A stretch of DNA of 16,279 nucleotides, taken from NCBI GenBank assembly GCA_964454175.1, contig CAYVSA010000001.1:86270-102548 (forward strand), in the 5' to 3' direction. The stretch's first letter is position 1. Every line of letters begins with the position of its first letter. Below are positions 14,918 through 16,279 of the stretch, piece by piece. This DNA is from an uncultured Pseudomonadota bacterium (lineage in GTDB: Bacteria > BMS3Abin14). Position numbers and translations under genes: made by a program. The notes beneath the pieces are model-generated. The model worked only from the letters and a program-made list of their open reading frames with translations. It searched no databases and was not told the DNA's origin.

Positions 14918-15508
14918 TCACTTGCCCTTCCGGATGCTGGGAAACCTCAGGTGTTTTCGCTTTTCAACGGGATGAATAACCGGGGAACTGACCATGCGCA
15001 GGTCCTCTGCGGTATAGAAAGCCTTCGGGTTGTAGGTCTTTATAATTTCCACGACCCTTGGCAGAAGCTTTCTTTTCACTACTGTAAAGAGGATATTTAC
15101 CGGCCCACGCCCTCCCACAGCGTCAACGGAAGTGACGATAAAGTCCTCTTTCCTGAGATGCTGCTCCAGTTTCGTCGAATCGTGTTGAGGGATGATCCGC
15201 ACTATCAGGTATCCAAGAGCGATACGGCTCTCAATAGTGATACCGATGTATGTGCCCGCTGCGAATCCGCCGGCATAGGCTATATAGTTCACGAAATTAG
15301 TGAGATTGGCCATGATCTGACCCAGGGCAAACAGCCAGATGAGGATCTCCACAAAACCCGCGCAGGCGGCTATGAGCCGCATTCCCCTGGAAACGAAGAT
15401 GATCCGCATCGTTCCCAGCGTAACATCGGTGATGCGGGCCAGGAAGATGAGCAGGGGGAGCACAACAATTGTGAACAACTGTGAATCAAAAAAAGTGGTC
15501 TCGGACAC
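14918..15508 (-). CDS. DUF2179/DUF5698 (UPF0316) membrane protein
   Basis: 'LIFLARITDVTLGTMRIIFVSRG...GFVEILIW...NYIAYAGGFAAGTYIG..IE' plus a C-terminal 'DAVGGRGPV...PKAFY..ED' domain. GTG start with AGGAG SD. Confidence 0.88.
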   Translation of the reverse strand: MSETTFFDSQLFTIVVLPLLIFLARITDVTLGTMRIIFVSRGMRLIAACAGFVEILIWLFALGQIMANLTNFVNYIAYAGGFAAGTYIGITIESRIALGYLIVRIIPQHDSTKLEQHLRKEDFIVTSVDAVGGRGPVNILFTVVKRKLLPRVVEIIKTYNPKAFYTAEDLRMVSSPVIHPVEKRKHLRFPSIRKGK

Positions 15509-15592
15509 GTCTTACTCCTTTTTCCGAAAAATTAAGACGGTTCCTTTACCACAGGTAACTTAAAAGGGGAAGGAAATTTGATGTTGCATCAG

Positions 15593-15644
15593 TAGAGCAT
15601 TAGAAATTAGATCATTAGATGTTGGGGTTCTGGATGTTGGGAGT
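15593..15644. repeat. degenerate 7/8-bp-period repeat
   Basis: tagagcat tagaaat tagatcat tagatgt tggggtt c tggatgt tgggagt. Confidence 0.55.
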
Positions 15645-15709
15645 TACTGTTTTTGGTCTAGAGTGGTTTTTCTCCAGGCTGTTTCAGGCATGGGAGGAAG
15701 TGCTCCATT

Positions 15710-16270
15710 TCATTTAGGCACTCTTTTCGTGGTCTCCAGGAGGATAAAGCCTACCCTGTCCTGTACCGGCATGAAGGGGACTTCGAGCAGTTCGATCCCG
15801 AACTCTTTGTAAACTTTTTCCAGGGCCAGATGGATCCTGAGTGAGGTCTCGGGGTCTTCCTTCCTGTAGTTCGGGTCGGCCTCCATGATCTCCGGGGGGA
15901 TGGGGTCGAGGATGAAGGCAAAGGGTGCGTAGTTTGCCGATTTCACCAGCGTCCTGGTGTAGCCAAGAAAGTCATCCTCATCCGCGCGGGAGTGGAAGAC
16001 GTCCACGTAGGCAAGCTGGTCAACATGGCTCCTGTCGAGAAAGACGTAGCCGGGCTCCAGACCCCGTTCCCGCTGTTTCTGCACCGCATGGACCATGTGC
16101 TGGAAAGTCATGAGGTCGTTCCACGGCAGTATCCCGCCCTCAATTTTCATCTGTGTGTCGATGAGGTCCCGGGCCACCTCCCGGACGATTGTGTGCTCCT
16201 CTTCGAGGAGTTTGAGGGTCGTTGTTTTGCCCGTGCCGGGGCCCCCTGTGACAGGTATCTTGGTCGGCAT
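15710..16270 (-). CDS. P-loop ATPase/kinase of the AAA_28 (NadR/Ttd14-like) family
   Basis: Walker A VTGGPGTGKTT, 'EVARDLI', 'FLDRSHVDQLAY', 'RKED....IH..L..VY..FG..L.EVP..PV..RV.FIL'. GGAG SD at the window edge. Confidence 0.8.
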   Translation of the reverse strand: MPTKIPVTGGPGTGKTTTLKLLEEEHTIVREVARDLIDTQMKIEGGILPWNDLMTFQHMVHAVQKQRERGLEPGYVFLDRSHVDQLAYVDVFHSRADEDDFLGYTRTLVKSANYAPFAFILDPIPPEIMEADPNYRKEDPETSLRIHLALEKVYKEFGIELLEVPFMPVQDRVGFILLETTKRVPK

Positions 16271-16279
16271 TGCGTCTCC

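Noticed and set aside
14894-15484. 196-aa plus-strand ORF
   Set aside because: Antisense shadow of the well-supported DUF2179 gene.

Overview
Bacterial chromosomal window with moderately high GC. Gene content is loosely Desulfobacterota/deltaproteobacterial-like, which is inference only. Left: a partial Nudix-fold gene with a degenerate Nudix box, a candidate ~70-nt sRNA with its own promoter and terminator, GAF-containing PTS enzyme I (ptsP), radC, yjbQ and a degenerate dUTPase/dCTP-deaminase-fold gene. Centre: a complete trpEGDCFBA operon. It is preceded by a 26-aa leader peptide with three consecutive Trp codons that the ORF track missed, and by two tandem intrinsic terminators. The 3' arm of the first terminator can pair with the 5' arm of the second, suggesting a six-segment 'domino' attenuator, the most notable observation here. 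A perfect 16-bp palindrome abuts the -35 box. Right: an accessory region with a cytochrome b5-like protein, a DM13-like exported protein, a hypothetical gene bracketed by GTCCAA heptamer arrays and a pilin-like putative lipoprotein. It also holds two 5'-truncated gene remnants (a Gly-rich protein and a MazF/PemK toxin), a sigma54-type promoter before an outer-membrane beta-barrel gene, a DUF2179/UPF0316 membrane protein and an AAA_28-type ATPase. All family assignments come from motif recognition by eye, and all RNA pairings were worked out by hand without computed energies.
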